A program made the position numbers and the translations under genes. Shown piece after piece: positions 50,337 to 63,469 of a stretch of 64,000 nt of DNA; positions within the stretch are counted from its first letter, which is position 1; every line of letters starts with the position of its first letter. The notes under the pieces are model-generated. The model was not told the DNA's origin, made no database searches, and saw only the letters and a list, made by a program, of their open reading frames with translations. The stretch spans positions 64,792,001 to 64,856,000 of the forward strand of contig CM052816.1 of the NCBI GenBank assembly GCA_028534125.1, written 5' to 3'. This DNA is from Lama glama. Lineage: Eukaryota.

Positions 50337-50928
50337 GTATGTGCATTTGACATGAATGAGGTCTTTTAGCGTTTTTTTGTTTTCTATTTTGCTTCTCCAC
50401 GACTCTCTACATATTTAGTTTCCTGAAATTATGTATAAAAATCTCAGCTTTGCATTACTTGGAGCTATGCTGCTTAGCAAACATAATTTAACTGAATTCT
50501 GGGAATTTTCTATTGTCATCTATATAACAGTTAAGAATAGAACTTTAAAAGTTCTTAAACTTTTGGTTACACTGAAATCTTAAACTTAATGAAACTTATA
50601 ATGGAAAATTTGGTGTCCTAGATATTTGATGTACTAATATAGGTAATTAAAGTTAACAGTGTTATAGCAAGTTTTTTTTTTTCCTCACAAAGATGTACTA
50701 GTGTCAGTTTCTCACTGTTGGGTAAGCTAGTTCTTGTTATAATATTTTACTTAGAAAGTCATTTTCTTTACATTCAAGGTGTTACGTTTTTAAATTAGTG
50801 AAGCAATACATTAATGACAAAAGGATCTCTTTTAAATTTGTTTTATATAACTCAATTTCTAGCTTTTTTACCCCATGAAGATTGGGTGAAATGCACAAAA
50901 ACAGTGCATTTTAAAGACAGATCTTTTA

Positions 50929-51105
50929 AGATAAACAGGTTTATACTGTATAGCACAGGGAAATATACTCAATATCTTTTAGTAGCTTATGGTGAAAAAG
51001 AATATGAAAATGAATATATGTATATCCATGTATGACACTGTGCTGTATGCCAGAAATTGACACAACATTGTAAACTGACTAAACCTCAATTTAAAAAACA
51101 AACAG
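50929..51105 (+). mobile_element. L1 3' end with TSD (intron 4)
   Basis: TSD AAAGACAGATCTTTTA (50913-50928) / AAAGATTGATCTTTTA (51106-51121). Confidence 0.88.
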
Positions 51106-51154
51106 AAAGATTGATCTTTTACACTGTCAGTTCTTGGGCAGATAATAATTTTTT

Positions 51155-51243
51155 TAAACATTTTTTTATTGAGTTATAGTCATTTTACAATGTTGTATCG
51201 AATTCCAGTGTAGAGCACAATTTTTCAGTTATACATGAACATA
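51155..51243 (-). mobile_element. Very short young L1 3' end with TSD (intron 4)
   Basis: ttattgagttatagtcattttacaatgttg...ttcagttatacatgaacata is near-identical to the copies at 21770 and 63000; TSD ATAATAATTTTTT (51142-51154) / ATAGTAATTTTTT (51241-51253). Confidence 0.88.
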
Positions 51244-51289
51244 GTAATTTTTTAAAAGTAACCAATTTAATGATTATTTATCTTTTCAG

Positions 51290-51420
51290 TTTACAGAAAA
51301 TTCTTGGCCTGGATTCCTTAGAAGAAGTGTTAGACGTTAAACTTGTCAACTCCAAGTTCATCATCCATAACGTGTACAGTGTGAGCAAGCAGGGAGTTGT
51401 TATCCTTGATGACAAGTCAA
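51290..51420 (+). CDS. DEPDC1B: DEPDC1B exon 5 ([43 protein letters not shown])
   Basis: Acceptor tcttttcag|T (completes TAT, Tyr); donor A|gtaagt; 131 nt; overlaps track ORF 51270-51509. Confidence 0.96.
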
Positions 51421-52257
51421 GTAAGTGCATAAAAGCCACTTTGTTCCCGGCTGACCCAATACATTGGCTGCACAGGTCCACCAGCTTCTGTTTGACAAAC
51501 CCTACATAAGTTTAGTCCTCATTACATATAGCCTTCTCTCACTTCCTCAGACCTTTGAACTAGTTGTTTGGATTCAGGAAATGCCATAGAAAGATGAATG
51601 TCCAGGAGCGAAAGCCTCAGCAAGGTGCATCCAGGGGCTGGTTCAGTGTTAGCCACACCAGGCATTAGTGGTTCTGTATCAGCACCAGAAAAATCCCTTA
51701 ATACCTAACAGATAGCTGTCCTCATACTAATGGCCTGTATTAATATGTCAGCAGAACTTTCTTGCCTTAAAACATTTTGAAAATTGAAACGTGTAAAATA
51801 CTACTTATATTAGACATTAGACATAACAGAATTTACCTTTTTTTTTCCTTAAGGTATTTGGTGAACTTGTTTCACAGATGCATTTGATGACTCATATTTC
51901 TGCTTTTTCTATTTTTTTCTTTTCCTTCTATAATTCTTAGGATAATTGGCTTGTTAGTTTCTTTCTTTGGAACCAGCGATCAAAATTCTTCTTTTCCCTA
52001 AACTTTAAAAAGTGCATCCTGTCTTTAGAGAAATTTACAGGCATGATTTATATAAGCACGTGTTGTAACATTGCTGCTAAGGAAACATTTTCATCTTTTA
52101 AATCTTCTGATACATAAGTAGGTGATTTGTGATTAGCAGGTATGTTTCCTATTACTTGGGCAAGTATCATTCTTATGATACTAGCTGTGTCTGTAATGCC
52201 TTGAGTTATATGCAGTTGAGTAAAACATCTTTTTATTTCTCTTTTTTTTTCCTGCAG

Positions 52258-52305
52258 AAGAACTTCCTCATTGGGTACTGTCAGCTATGAAGTGTTTGGC
52301 AAATT
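52258..52305 (+). CDS. DEPDC1B: DEPDC1B exon 6 (KELPHWVLSAMKCLANW)
   Basis: Acceptor ttttcctgcag|AA, donor T|gtaagt; 48 nt, phase 1 at both ends; LPHWVLSAMKCL motif of the DEPDC1 family. Confidence 0.95.
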
Positions 52306-54489
52306 GTAAGTACTAATTATCGGTCAGTTTTATGAAATTAACAAAAATCAGTGCCCTGAATTATAAAATATTTTTGCTCAATGGCCTGAACATTGATTTG
52401 ACCCCTGTGAGACTGGCAGTTAATTGTTTGGGGACTGCTGTGCCCAGTGATAAGTTTGACTTAAATTTGACTGACTTAGTGAAAAGGCTGAGTTATAGAA
52501 CATTTTAAAAGAAATTTCGTGCTTCTGTTTTCTAGTGGATGTAATCACACTGCAGATAAAGTCCACACTACTTCTGACTGCTTCATCATAGGAAAGAATA
52601 ATTAGTAATATTGGACATAACGTTGTAATAGATAACTGCTTGTTAACAGTTTGTAGGCTTTTATTCCTAAAACCTATATTTTTATTCCTAAAACATGTAT
52701 TCCTAAGTATGCCTTATATTTACGTCATCCGTTTATTCAGCAGGTCCTGTCTCCTACTGGCTTTTTATAGGACATTAGTTTAAGTTGAGAGAGATGTTTT
52801 TAGAAGACTAATCTAATTGGTTTGCAGTATGGTTTGGAAGGAGGAGAGCCTGCGTGCAGAGAAACCAGAAAGGCTGTTTCAGCAATTCGGCTGTAAGATG
52901 AGGGGGCCTGGACCAGGGCGGTCCCCCTGAGGTCTTTCACAGGTGGATGAAATCTACTTCATTTGGTATCATAAACACAGTGAAGAAATGAGTTATTATG
53001 GTACCTTATTAACATTACCATTTTCCTGAGATTTTTTGGAAGGTTTAACCTAAAGAAGGGATTCTAATGGTTAATGGCTTAACCCAAACAAGTGGGTTTA
53101 ATGAGAAGAATTCTAGTTATTCTGATAATGGTGATATTTGGTCTGTGGAGTCTTTTGAATCTCAAAGGTCACCACAGAGAGGTAGTTTCTTTCTTCCTTT
53201 TTGGGTAAGACTAGCATGTACAGATATAGGTGTATAAACCCTTGAATTAGTAGGCTGTGAATTATTAATTTAACTGATAGTTTTGTCTGACTATAGAATG
53301 AAGCTAAAATAACTGTTCAACTCAACTGTGGGTGGTCTCAGTGGTAATATATAGAAAATGATTACATACTGTCATCCTGAATACAAATAGCAGTATTAGG
53401 ATGTGTGAAGCCCAAAGTTCTCTGTGTTTAATTATTAAGATTTTCATTGGTTTTGGGTTAATATTTTGGAACCACTGAGATGTAGAGTCCTATGGTTTTA
53501 GGTCAGGGGAGTGCTTTTTATTCTTGATCAATCATTTGAAGTAAATTAATTTGAATTATATCTTTGGCCAGAGTTGGCAATGACAAAATAGAAAGTATAA
53601 ATGACCCAGTTATGAATTTTTGGAAAACCAAGGATTTGGAAGTTGATTAGCTGGGAATGAGTGGAGGAAGCCAGTATAACAAATCTAGGCTATAATATGT
53701 TGTTAAATATATATTAAGGTGTGGTTATGACGATGAATTTTAATGGTGATCAAAATGTAATGAAGAATATAATTTTCCCTCACACAAGATGTATACATAA
53801 TGCCACAAAACTTCTGCAGAAAGGTTAGAATAACTGGAATTGCTAAGCAATAGAGAGGGAAGATGTGAGGACTGACTTAGTAATGTTGTCCATGTATGAG
53901 GTGGTGTACGTTAGGTGAAAGTCCTTGGGAACAGGTACCCATCTCCCATGTATCAAGTGCAGTGCTGTCCAGATGTTGACACACCCACAGAGATGCTTAT
54001 TTATATGTCAAAGAAAAAAAGGTGGCCACAGGGCAAGGTCAGCCTTTTGAATAGTTTTATAAAATTAATTTTTCCAGATTGTCATTGGCCCCCCCAGATT
54101 TACTTTGGATCTGTCAAAGTCATGGCCTATTCCTTATCTTCCTTATCCTTAATGAGTCTAGGTTCCATTACAGTTGTCCAGTATGAAACAGAAAGGATAG
54201 GCTGATTATATGAGATTTTGAAGGCCTCTTGCTGCTTTTTGTATTCGTTTACTGCTCGTCTCTTTCCTTTGAGCCCATCTGCATTTATTGCAGACCACAG
54301 GCCTGGGTACTTTCATTGATGGCCAGCCTCAGAGTTGGCCACAGAATGAGGGACTGATGCTAAATAAATACCAAACCAGTGTTTTTTTCTTCTTTGTGAA
54401 AAAATCCAATAAAGAATGGATGCAAATAGTTCTTTTCTAGAATTTTTCAGGAATACCATTTATAAAAACTAGATTTAAAAGATATTCTG

Positions 54490-54888
54490 GGATGGACCTA
54501 GAGATTATCATATTAAAAAACTAACTCAGACACAGAAAGACAAATATCATATGATATCACTTATATATGGAATCTAAAAAAAAATATGAATTCTATTTAC
54601 AAACCCCAGACTCACAGACATAGAGAACAAACTATGATTACCAAAGGTGAAAGGGCAGGGAGGGATAAATTAGGGGCTGGGATGAATAGACACACAGTAC
54701 TACATATAAAATAGATAAACAAGGACCTACTGTATAGCACAGGGAACTATATTCGATTTCTTATAATAACATAGAATGGAAAAGAATCTGAAAAGACAAA
54801 AATACATGTATGTATATGTATAACTGAATCACTTTGCTGTACACCTGAAAATAACATTGTAAATCAACTACATTTCAATAGAAAAAAA
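54490..54888 (+). mobile_element. L1 3' end
   Basis: gatggacctagagattatcata...gaaagacaaatatcatatgatatcacttata...aacattgtaaatcaactacatttcaatagaaaaaa. Confidence 0.88.
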
Positions 54889-56663
54889 TTCTGAAATTCA
54901 AGATGATTGAGAAACAAAAGATCTTAGAAATATGGCCTCCTCTCATAGGGCTCTCTATCTACTGGCATTTTTAGTGAAACCTTTTTTTGTTTGTTTTTGC
55001 ATATTTTTAAGAAGAATGATGAAATGTTCACAAAGGGATCTGACTGCTTAGAATGAACTGCATACTTATCCTTGGATGGAGTAATCCAAGGCTATGTATA
55101 TTGCTTACTGAGACATAGTAAACTAATTATTTCCACTGACTAAGTTTGGGGTATTTCAGAAGAGGAAGCAAGTAAAAATGTTTGCGGTTAGGTTAACAAG
55201 GTACCACACAAGATCTTTCATAAATTTCATTATTTTAATCAATCAAGTTAAGTTATTTTATAAGAGGTATATAGAACATTAAAAGGTCAGAGAATTTTTA
55301 AGGAGATCAACAAAAAGCCATTTCACAGTGTCCCAGTGGCTTGGAAATTTGCAGGCCCAGAATGCTTAACTGTTCTTTGTCGGATCCTTTCTCTTTAGTT
55401 ACAGTGATTGTGCAGGGAAAATTTCCTTTAGGTTTTCCCTGCTGCTTCATTTGCTTTCCCAAGGGTGGAGATCTGTTCGGGTACAGTTGCTGGTCCTGTG
55501 CGCTGTGGGCCCAGAACTGGCCAGTGCGGTTGTACCATTTTCCTTCCATACTGTGATGGAAGAAGGCGGGGCTGGCTCTGAGTTCCTCAGGGAGCCACTC
55601 GCCAGTTCCCTCTGGCACCGGCAGCTCCAGGTCGGCTCCCCATTGGCATTGTGGATCATGTGGTCTGTGTCTGAATTGTTGGGGACGTTGGCTGCCAGCT
55701 CTGCAGAGGGCTAAGTGTCTCTTGTTTCTCTTTGGTCCCAGATACAAATGGACCTTTTCCTCACTTTTTCTGTGCTTTTTTGGTTCCTTGGTTTTTCCAG
55801 GCTTCTTAGAGTTACTTTGCAATATGACACTGCTTGATACACTATCCTTTTTTTTTTTCTTAACTTTTTTTTTTAGCAGAAACATCAGTTTGTTTTTGCT
55901 TTAATGTTATTTTAGATTATCATTCTGTTTAATAAAAATTTATTAAATGCCACTCTTCACTCAAGAGCATTGTTGACTCAATGAAACCTAGAATCATAGA
56001 TCAAAGAATTGAATAGGAACTTAGAGATCATCTTATCCAGTTTCCCATAGTCTCTGTTTAAGCAGCTTCCCCCCCCCCCTTTTTTTTTTGGTGATAAACT
56101 GTCTTTTGATGGTTGGGGATCAAATGGAGAGTTTTTAATCAAAATGAATGATAAGACAACAATGTAAAATTTTCAGAGTATCTTTAGGAGAAAGTATACA
56201 TTCTTATGAGTCTGAAATAGTTTAGAGGCTGAAGGTGATTATTGTGCTCAACTCTGATTTTAGGATTTTATAATATAGTAATGATGAAATATTGACAATC
56301 TTTAGAATTTGCTTTATAGCTTGTCTATTACATATGTAATTTAATTATATTGGTTGACTGTGTCAAGACTAGGAAAATATTGAGTATTTTAAAGAAAATT
56401 ATCATGGTTTGCATTTAATAATAATGCCTTTCAGAAGGACATAAAAGAAAGAGGGAAATGGAAGTAAGCCAGTGATTTTCCTGGCTTGTTGTTTTGTAAT
56501 AGATTTCAGTTTAGATGTAAAGCATATTTGTGTAAGCAAAATGAATGTCTGTTTTCCCCATGAAAACTTTTCTGATCTTGACTCTGTATATACCACACAT
56601 GTGCACAGAGACTAACACCTAGAGGTAATTGTTCTATTAATGTTTCTTTCTCTTTTTTAACAG

Positions 56664-56804
56664 GGCCTAATTGTTCAGATTTGAAGCAGCCTATGTACTT
56701 AGGATTTGAAAAAGATGTCTTTAAAACAATAGCAGATTACTTCGGTCACTTGAAAGAGCCTCTGCTTACGTTTCACCTTTTCGATGCCTTTGTCAGTGTA
56801 TTAG
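56664..56804 (+). CDS. DEPDC1B: DEPDC1B exon 7 ([47 protein letters not shown])
   Basis: Acceptor ttttttaacag|GG, donor G|gtaggt; 141 nt; RhoGAP-like LKEPLLTF motif. Confidence 0.96.
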
Positions 56805-59800
56805 GTAGGTTGGAATATAACAAGTGCACATCTTCAGTATTGATATTGAATCTTTTCATTTTTCACCATCTTGAGGCTTCCATTAGCCTAACTTCCATAA
56901 TGTTTTTGAAATAAAAACTGATGGGTTGCCTCGGAGTCCTGGTCTGTGAAGGAGGAAAAGAAAATGGCTAAACTCCTGTTATGAAACTCCAATACAGACC
57001 AATAATTTTTATTTCTTAAGAAAGAAGTATGTTCTATGTCATTTTTGTTCCAAAAAGTATAACTTCATTGGTAGAGAAGAATGTAAATTTGACAATTACT
57101 GTTCATGAGTAAATCTACTACTGTGGCTATGACTTCATGAATAGTCAAGTGTGAGAGATGTATTTTCATTTAGAAGTCTAATTTCTTTTTATAAAAGGAA
57201 CACGTTTTTGTAGGACTGTCTGTTATTTGTGACATGTAAAATAAATATTGTAACTATTGTCTATAACTTGTTGCTGTTTCTCACATAGACTTCTACTGCA
57301 TAATTTACACTGTCAAAGAAACATGGTAAAAAGGGAAAAAAATCAAGATTATTGCTATAGGTCTTTCCGATATTGTCCCTTTCTTCCTGGAAATCAGATT
57401 CTACTGTTGCTGTCGTGACTGATCCATTAAGTGTTACTGTTTTCTTGTCAAAAGATTTGCTTTAGTGACCAGATCACTGTGTGGGTTTCGTGCTCTGTTA
57501 TGTAAGTTTCTAGGAATTAGTATACTCTTGGTTTTGAGTATTGTGGGGTTCAGCAGTCCTTGCCTTCCCATCTCTTCATTTCTTTCCCTCCTCTTCCCCA
57601 TCTCCTTTCTTATTTTCTTCTAACAAAATCAAGTATCAGCAATATGTGAGGAAGGTACCTGCTCTCTTAGCATGTCCTTACGTTTTTAAGATTTCATAGG
57701 GTTTCTGATAATAAGAAGCAAAATAGAACAATTATAAATCATGTGCATAAGAGTGCGTTTGTTTTCAGAGAGACCGGTGTCGGGAGCAGATGAAAGCCTG
57801 TTACTGTGTTTTGAGACCGCTGGGTCTGCTTGGTATTTTGTTTTCCGCCAGGGAGGACTGGGGGCTTATGTACTTGGGAGCATCCTGCCTAATGATGAGG
57901 ACTTGCTGTTGTGTAATGTGCATAAGGACTAGTTGAGTAGGTTCTCATTATAGCTGCTTAATGCCATTATGGCACTGGTAAAAGAAGAATTCTAAAGACA
58001 GAATTAAAAACCACTTCTTAGACATTCTTCTCATTTTTCATTTTCATGTTTTATGGTAAAATGACCTGATTTGGAAACAAAAGAACTTAGAACTTAAAAA
58101 AAAAACCAAAATCCAAATTCCAATTTGAATCAATTATATTTATAATGTCACTTGTCTGTTCTGGCCTAATTGTTCATTTTGATCTCAGCTAGGAATTAAA
58201 GCTGGCTATTTCCAAGTTGATGTTAGAGTCAGCCACCCTCTAGAATATTATCTGTAAAAGGTTTAAGGTGGAAAGTGATGGATAGAATGGAGAATTTGTT
58301 GCACGTAGGTATCAGCAATAATAGACAAATGTGCGTAGATGGTGACATATATTAACCTTCCCTGATCCAGTCCTTCGCAAGTGAATGTATTTGACACACC
58401 CTGTATGGAAAACCATAGTTTTTAGATCTTTATGTAAAGAAAGAAGAAAGAAGAAATTCTTCTAGATTATGGAAGGCTATAATTTATTTATATGAATGAA
58501 AAAGATTATCTAATATTGAAGCCCTGTTAGAATCTGTGGGAAAGGGTATCATACCTAGGTATGTGAAAACTAGATGTGTGGGTTGAATCCCAGGAGGAGA
58601 TTGACTCATTCCTTAAACCTTTTGACAACTTTGATTGGAATAGGATACCCTTAGATAAAGCACTTCACAGAAGGTCATCGGTCTACTTTGTGTAGAAGCT
58701 AACTCTGTAGCAATTTGAATGGAAATGATTTTCAGTTTAGTTAATGAATTTCTTTTGAGGGTTATTCCTTTGCTTCTAGCATGAAATATTGCTAGCTCGA
58801 TGCCAAAGCTGTGACCCTGAGAGCAGTTAGTCACTGATACAGGAAACAGGGTATCAAAGAGTTCTTGAAGAAAAAAAATGAAAGAAAGACATTTTTGGAG
58901 GTTTAAGACGTATTCTCTACTTACAGTTTAAGAAATGGTTTACTTCGGCTCAGCAGTCTGACCTAGCAGCATAACTGCCCATAGTAATGAATCTTTATTT
59001 CCAAAACGTCAGTTCCTTGTGTTTGGATCAGAGTCTGGCTGACTCTGGAATGCGGAGAAGGAGATAGTGTAGCATCTCTTACTCACACCTCACACACGCA
59101 CCCTGGAATCCATTGAGCTGTATAGCTTGTGGTAGGTGGGCATAGTGAGGAAACGAGGAGGCAGATAAGCACAAAAGGGCATGGCAGCAGGGAAGAGTGT
59201 TTTGGAAATATGGGTGGCTTGTGTGTTGATTTATAATGTTGGAATCTGAGATCCTGGACTGGTGATCTGTGGGCGAAATGTGGCTCATAGATACACCTGG
59301 TTTAACTTGTGTGCTTTAAAAAGAAAATTTAATTGTCAGACTTTAAGAAGCAGGACGTTCACATAAGAATTTATAGTTTTGGCTTCTTTAAAAATTAGAA
59401 AATGTGGCAGTTCTGGGCTTGAGTTTCCAGTGCTGTGGCTGTGTAATAAGTGCCTCCACTTGAAGGAGCCAGTGCTTCAGGGACGTAAACTCCAAGCTGC
59501 CTGGTCTCCAGTGCGCCCCGTTGTTCACTCGGCCCCCTTTGCTCACTTACTCCACTTACCTGCTCCTGTAGGAAGTGAGCTTGCGGCTCCTGGTTTATGT
59601 GCTAATGGGCTGGGAGACTGACACAGCTGCTCTTTGCTGTTCCCTTTCTCTTAGATGTTTAGAAAACACCCTTGCAAGTCACTAGACTCGTTATACACTG
59701 GATCATCTAAGTCAATAGGTTGAGAGCTCCTCCTGTGTTTTTTAACCTAGAAATATCTGTAAGGTTAGGTTTTCCTTTCTTTGGATCTTTTGTACAGTGA

Positions 59801-60109
59801 GAAGAGATCCTCTGGGGCTGTGTACATCTTTGCCTTGTTACCTCCCTGCCCTCCTGTGCTGCAGGCTTTCTCAGGGTCCTTTATCCCATGGCAGCTCTTT
59901 GGGGAAAACAGTTCTTTATTTCAGGGGCTGCCTAGTTGGTGCACTTGACCAGACAGAGGGCTCTTGCCCCCATTAGTCCAGAGTTCTTGCTTGTGGTGCT
60001 CTCTGCTCTCAGGGCCCAGGGCTTATGGCCTGAGCTTTTAAAGATACAGATGGGCCAAGGTAAGGATATGGAATCACCTCCAAATGTACTGACTACTGTT
60101 ATGTCAAAA

Positions 60110-60410
60110 TTGTTGGAATAAAGTAGAGCTATATACTTCTTAAAGATAGAAGCTTGAGGAAATGTCTAGGTATTCCCGGCTATAACTAAATGCATAAGGT
60201 ATTTGTAAGTGAGCTAGTAATCACTAGGATAACTGACAAAACTTGGGAAAAAATGTAAGCCCTTCCTCTTACTGTTAAGCGGGATAAATTCCAGCTGGAT
60301 TAGAGAATTACATTTAAAAAATGCAAATAAAAAATAGTTGATATTTATCTGATGTCAGGGTGGTTGAAGGACTTTCTAAGCATAAAAGCAAAAGAACTCA
60401 TAAAAATGCA
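60110..60410 (+). mobile_element. Old L1M fragment
   Basis: ataaattccagctggattagagaatttacatttaaaaaa...aaggactttctaagcataaaagcaaaag. Confidence 0.55.
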
Positions 60411-62974
60411 ATAGCAGTTTGGGACTCTTCATGTAGGAAAGGCCATCTTCTTGTGCAGGGGTGAATCTATATCTGCCTTTAAGCGATTCACAAAGGCAGC
60501 TTGTTTACCTTTCCTTAAAAGCCTCCGGAGAAGTGGTCCCACTTACGATGTCTCTCTTTAGGCAAGGAGTTCTTACCAATTGATTTCTTTTGGCTTAGTA
60601 TAAACCTTTTCCTTTTTATACCTCTTCTCAGTGAAAACGAAACTGTGATATATATTTTTTATTCCTTTGGTTGTTTGAAAACTACAGTGAACCCTTCCTG
60701 AGTCTCTTATTCTCTGACTGAACAGACATGGTCCCATTGGCCTTTCTGGGAACTCCAGGCCCTATCAAATGTCTTCATATTTCACTTCCATTTTGAAGCT
60801 CCCACAAGAATAGCTTATCATTCACATTGTATACATTAGTAGAAGGATCAGATCTACTTCACAGAAATGAATATTTGTGTTCCTAACGATCCGAAAATAG
60901 AAATCTGATGTCACCTTTGGAGAATGGGAAGGGGGGTGACAAAAGTAGATGTCGCACAAAACACTGAAGAACCTGTGGTCATTATGGCCAAAGTGTCACC
61001 TAACGTCTAAAATATACAACATCACACATTTCCATTGATTTTTATTTTATTTATTATTTTCTTAAGAAACAGTTGGATTTGAGTGTTAGGTTATTTATTC
61101 ACTTATTCTTCCTTGATCCAGCTAAATAACGAAATGTTTCCCTGACTGAAAAAAAAAAAGTCTCACAGATGAATTGCTTAAATAATTTTCATTATCTTAT
61201 TCTTATTTCACCGATAGAAACATCACCAAGCTCAGGTAACCTGGTTTGTTGACTTAGTTGCACCCACTCTGATAAATTGCTTTGCCCTTCTGGGCCTGTT
61301 TTCTCATTGATAAATGGCAGTATAGCCTGTCATAATTATGGATATGAAAACATGAAACTGAAAGCAATGGTTAACACTTCTTTCCTAGCTTTTTTGTTTT
61401 GTTTTGAAAAGTACAAAAAATGGAAACAGTGTGTAAGTTGAAATAGGATAATCATTTGTTGCTATCTAGCCAGTTTTTCTCTCAAATAGTAGGAAGCTTT
61501 TTTATGTAACACTGTTTGCGATAGAGCTTTATACTCTATAATTAGGATAAGCACTATTATATTATCTGAAAGGCAAGAAGCAGTTTATCTCTGAAGCCAC
61601 AGAAGGTCCTTGTCATTTTCTCGAGATGAGGACAATTCAGTATTTTTATGATGTAGAGATTGTAGAAATGATGAAAGATGAAAAAGTTACCCTTTTAGCT
61701 TTTGTTTAGCAAAATGAAATGAATCCAAAAAATAAAATAGTTAAAACATTGAAACTCTTTGGTTATAAAATAAGGCTAGAATGCTGCTGATGTCCTTCAG
61801 AAGTTCTTAACATAGAACCTTAAAGAAAACCAAGAAGCTCTTTAAACTCAGTAATACTTTTTGATCTTGAGGAATCTCCAAGTACTTGTTGAAGATGTTT
61901 CTGGAGTTCAACTGTAGACTGTCACGTGTCTTTGAAAGCTAAATTCTCTCGGAATCATTTTTTCCTGAATCCTATAGTGTGCTATTGTCAGTAAGCTTTT
62001 AATAAAGGGGGGAAAAAGATCAGGCAATGGTCAGCAATGAAAAAGCTAGGAAATAGAAACAGAGAGCTCAAATTAAACTGTTTTTGAGAATTTAAGTATT
62101 CTTACCTGTATTGGAACTGAGGAAAGCTATCTATTAGCACTTCAAGATTCAAAGGCAGAACTAAAAATGAGTCCTGCTATGACATTTGAACAGATTGAAA
62201 AATAACATCCTTGGGACTGGATGCCAAGGACTTAGCGTTATAGATGTAGCAGATCTTCTCTTTGATCACATCCATACCATTCCATGGGTCACCCATGTGT
62301 TGACGATTTTCAGTTCTTATCTTCATCTCAACTCTGTCTCCTAAACTCAAGACTAGCACATCTGCCTGACTTCAGCTGTATATTCTTGGATGTTCAATAT
62401 ATGAGCGCCTTGGTTCCAATTTAGTGGTCCCCAAGCCATTGTTTCAGAAAGTACGTGTTGGATGTGAATTCTGTGTAGTTAAACAAACAAACAAACCCAC
62501 AGAATACTGTACAAAATATCAGAGTGCAGTATAGATAATCAGTAGATATTTTTATGAACTATTTGTTTTCAATGCCTATGTAAATTCGTATGTATTATTG
62601 TGATAAAAATATATTTCTTAATTTTAGTTGTAGTAAAAATTAAAAAAAAACCTGCTCTAAATTTCATCTCTACCTACCTACATAGTGAGATGATTGTGAG
62701 GATTTAATGAATGTGAAGTCTTCTCAGAAAGTATAATATTGCTCAAATATTACTAGTGATAATAGGTAATTGTGAAAGATGCTTATATTACACATGGTTT
62801 ATCCTTTACATATAATTAAAAATCACATGATTTGTCCTTTGCATTTAGGTAAAAATACCTTTTACCTTTGGTTCATATTTTATAGAGTTATATTTAGTTT
62901 TTCATTCCTAATTGTCTTGGAATTAGCATTTTAAAGTGTTTTGAGAGTTTCTTCAGGGATAATCTATGTTCTGT

Positions 62975-63178
62975 TTTGTTCTTTTTTTTAACTTTTTTTT
63001 TATTGAGTTATAGTCATTTTACAATGCTGTGTCGAATTCCAGTGTAGAGCACAATTTTTCAGTTATACATGAACATACATATATTCATTGTCACATTTTT
63101 TTTTTCGCTGTGAGTTACCACAAGATCTTGTATATATTTCCCTGTGCTATACAGTGTAATCTTATTTATCTATTCTGT
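62975..63178 (-). mobile_element. Young L1 3' end
   Basis: Near-identical to 21770-21945. Confidence 0.88.
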
Positions 63179-63469
63179 TTTTATAACAAGGAAACTGGCA
63201 GTAGTTTTCATTTTGAAACCTGGCTTTCATTTTGAACTCTCAGAAAAATGGTTTTGTGTGCCCTTGTCGTTGTAAAAGACCTAGTTTCAAATTTAGCTAC
63301 ATTGAAAAATTCTCTGTTCTTTTTACTCTCTAATCCTTGACTCAAGTTGAAGAATGCAGAATGATATTTTATTTGACTGTCTGCTTGTTGAGTCTTTGGG
63401 CATACTCTTGGAGCCAACATTTCTACTTCTATGAATTCATCCTTAGGAAATAATTGTCCACTTGGTAAT

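Larger units (their letters stand above)
9646..56804 (+). other. DEPDC1B: DEPDC1B gene, coding exons 1-7 (3'-incomplete; intron 7 runs off the window). DEP domain plus N-terminal part of the RhoGAP-like domain
   Basis: Join 9646-9693, 18097-18362, 46168-46303, 50209-50336, 51290-51420, 52258-52305, 56664-56804 gives an uninterrupted frame [24 protein letters not shown]...DAFVSVLG that matches mammalian DEPDC1B as I recall it. All introns are GT-AG with compatible phases. Confidence 0.97.

Noticed and set aside
52659..52706. Short tandem duplication TTTTATTCCTAAAAC x2 plus a partial third copy (similar ones at 13795-13848 and 37661-37691)
   Set aside because: Ordinary slippage duplications in AT-rich intron; no spacer structure, not CRISPR-like.
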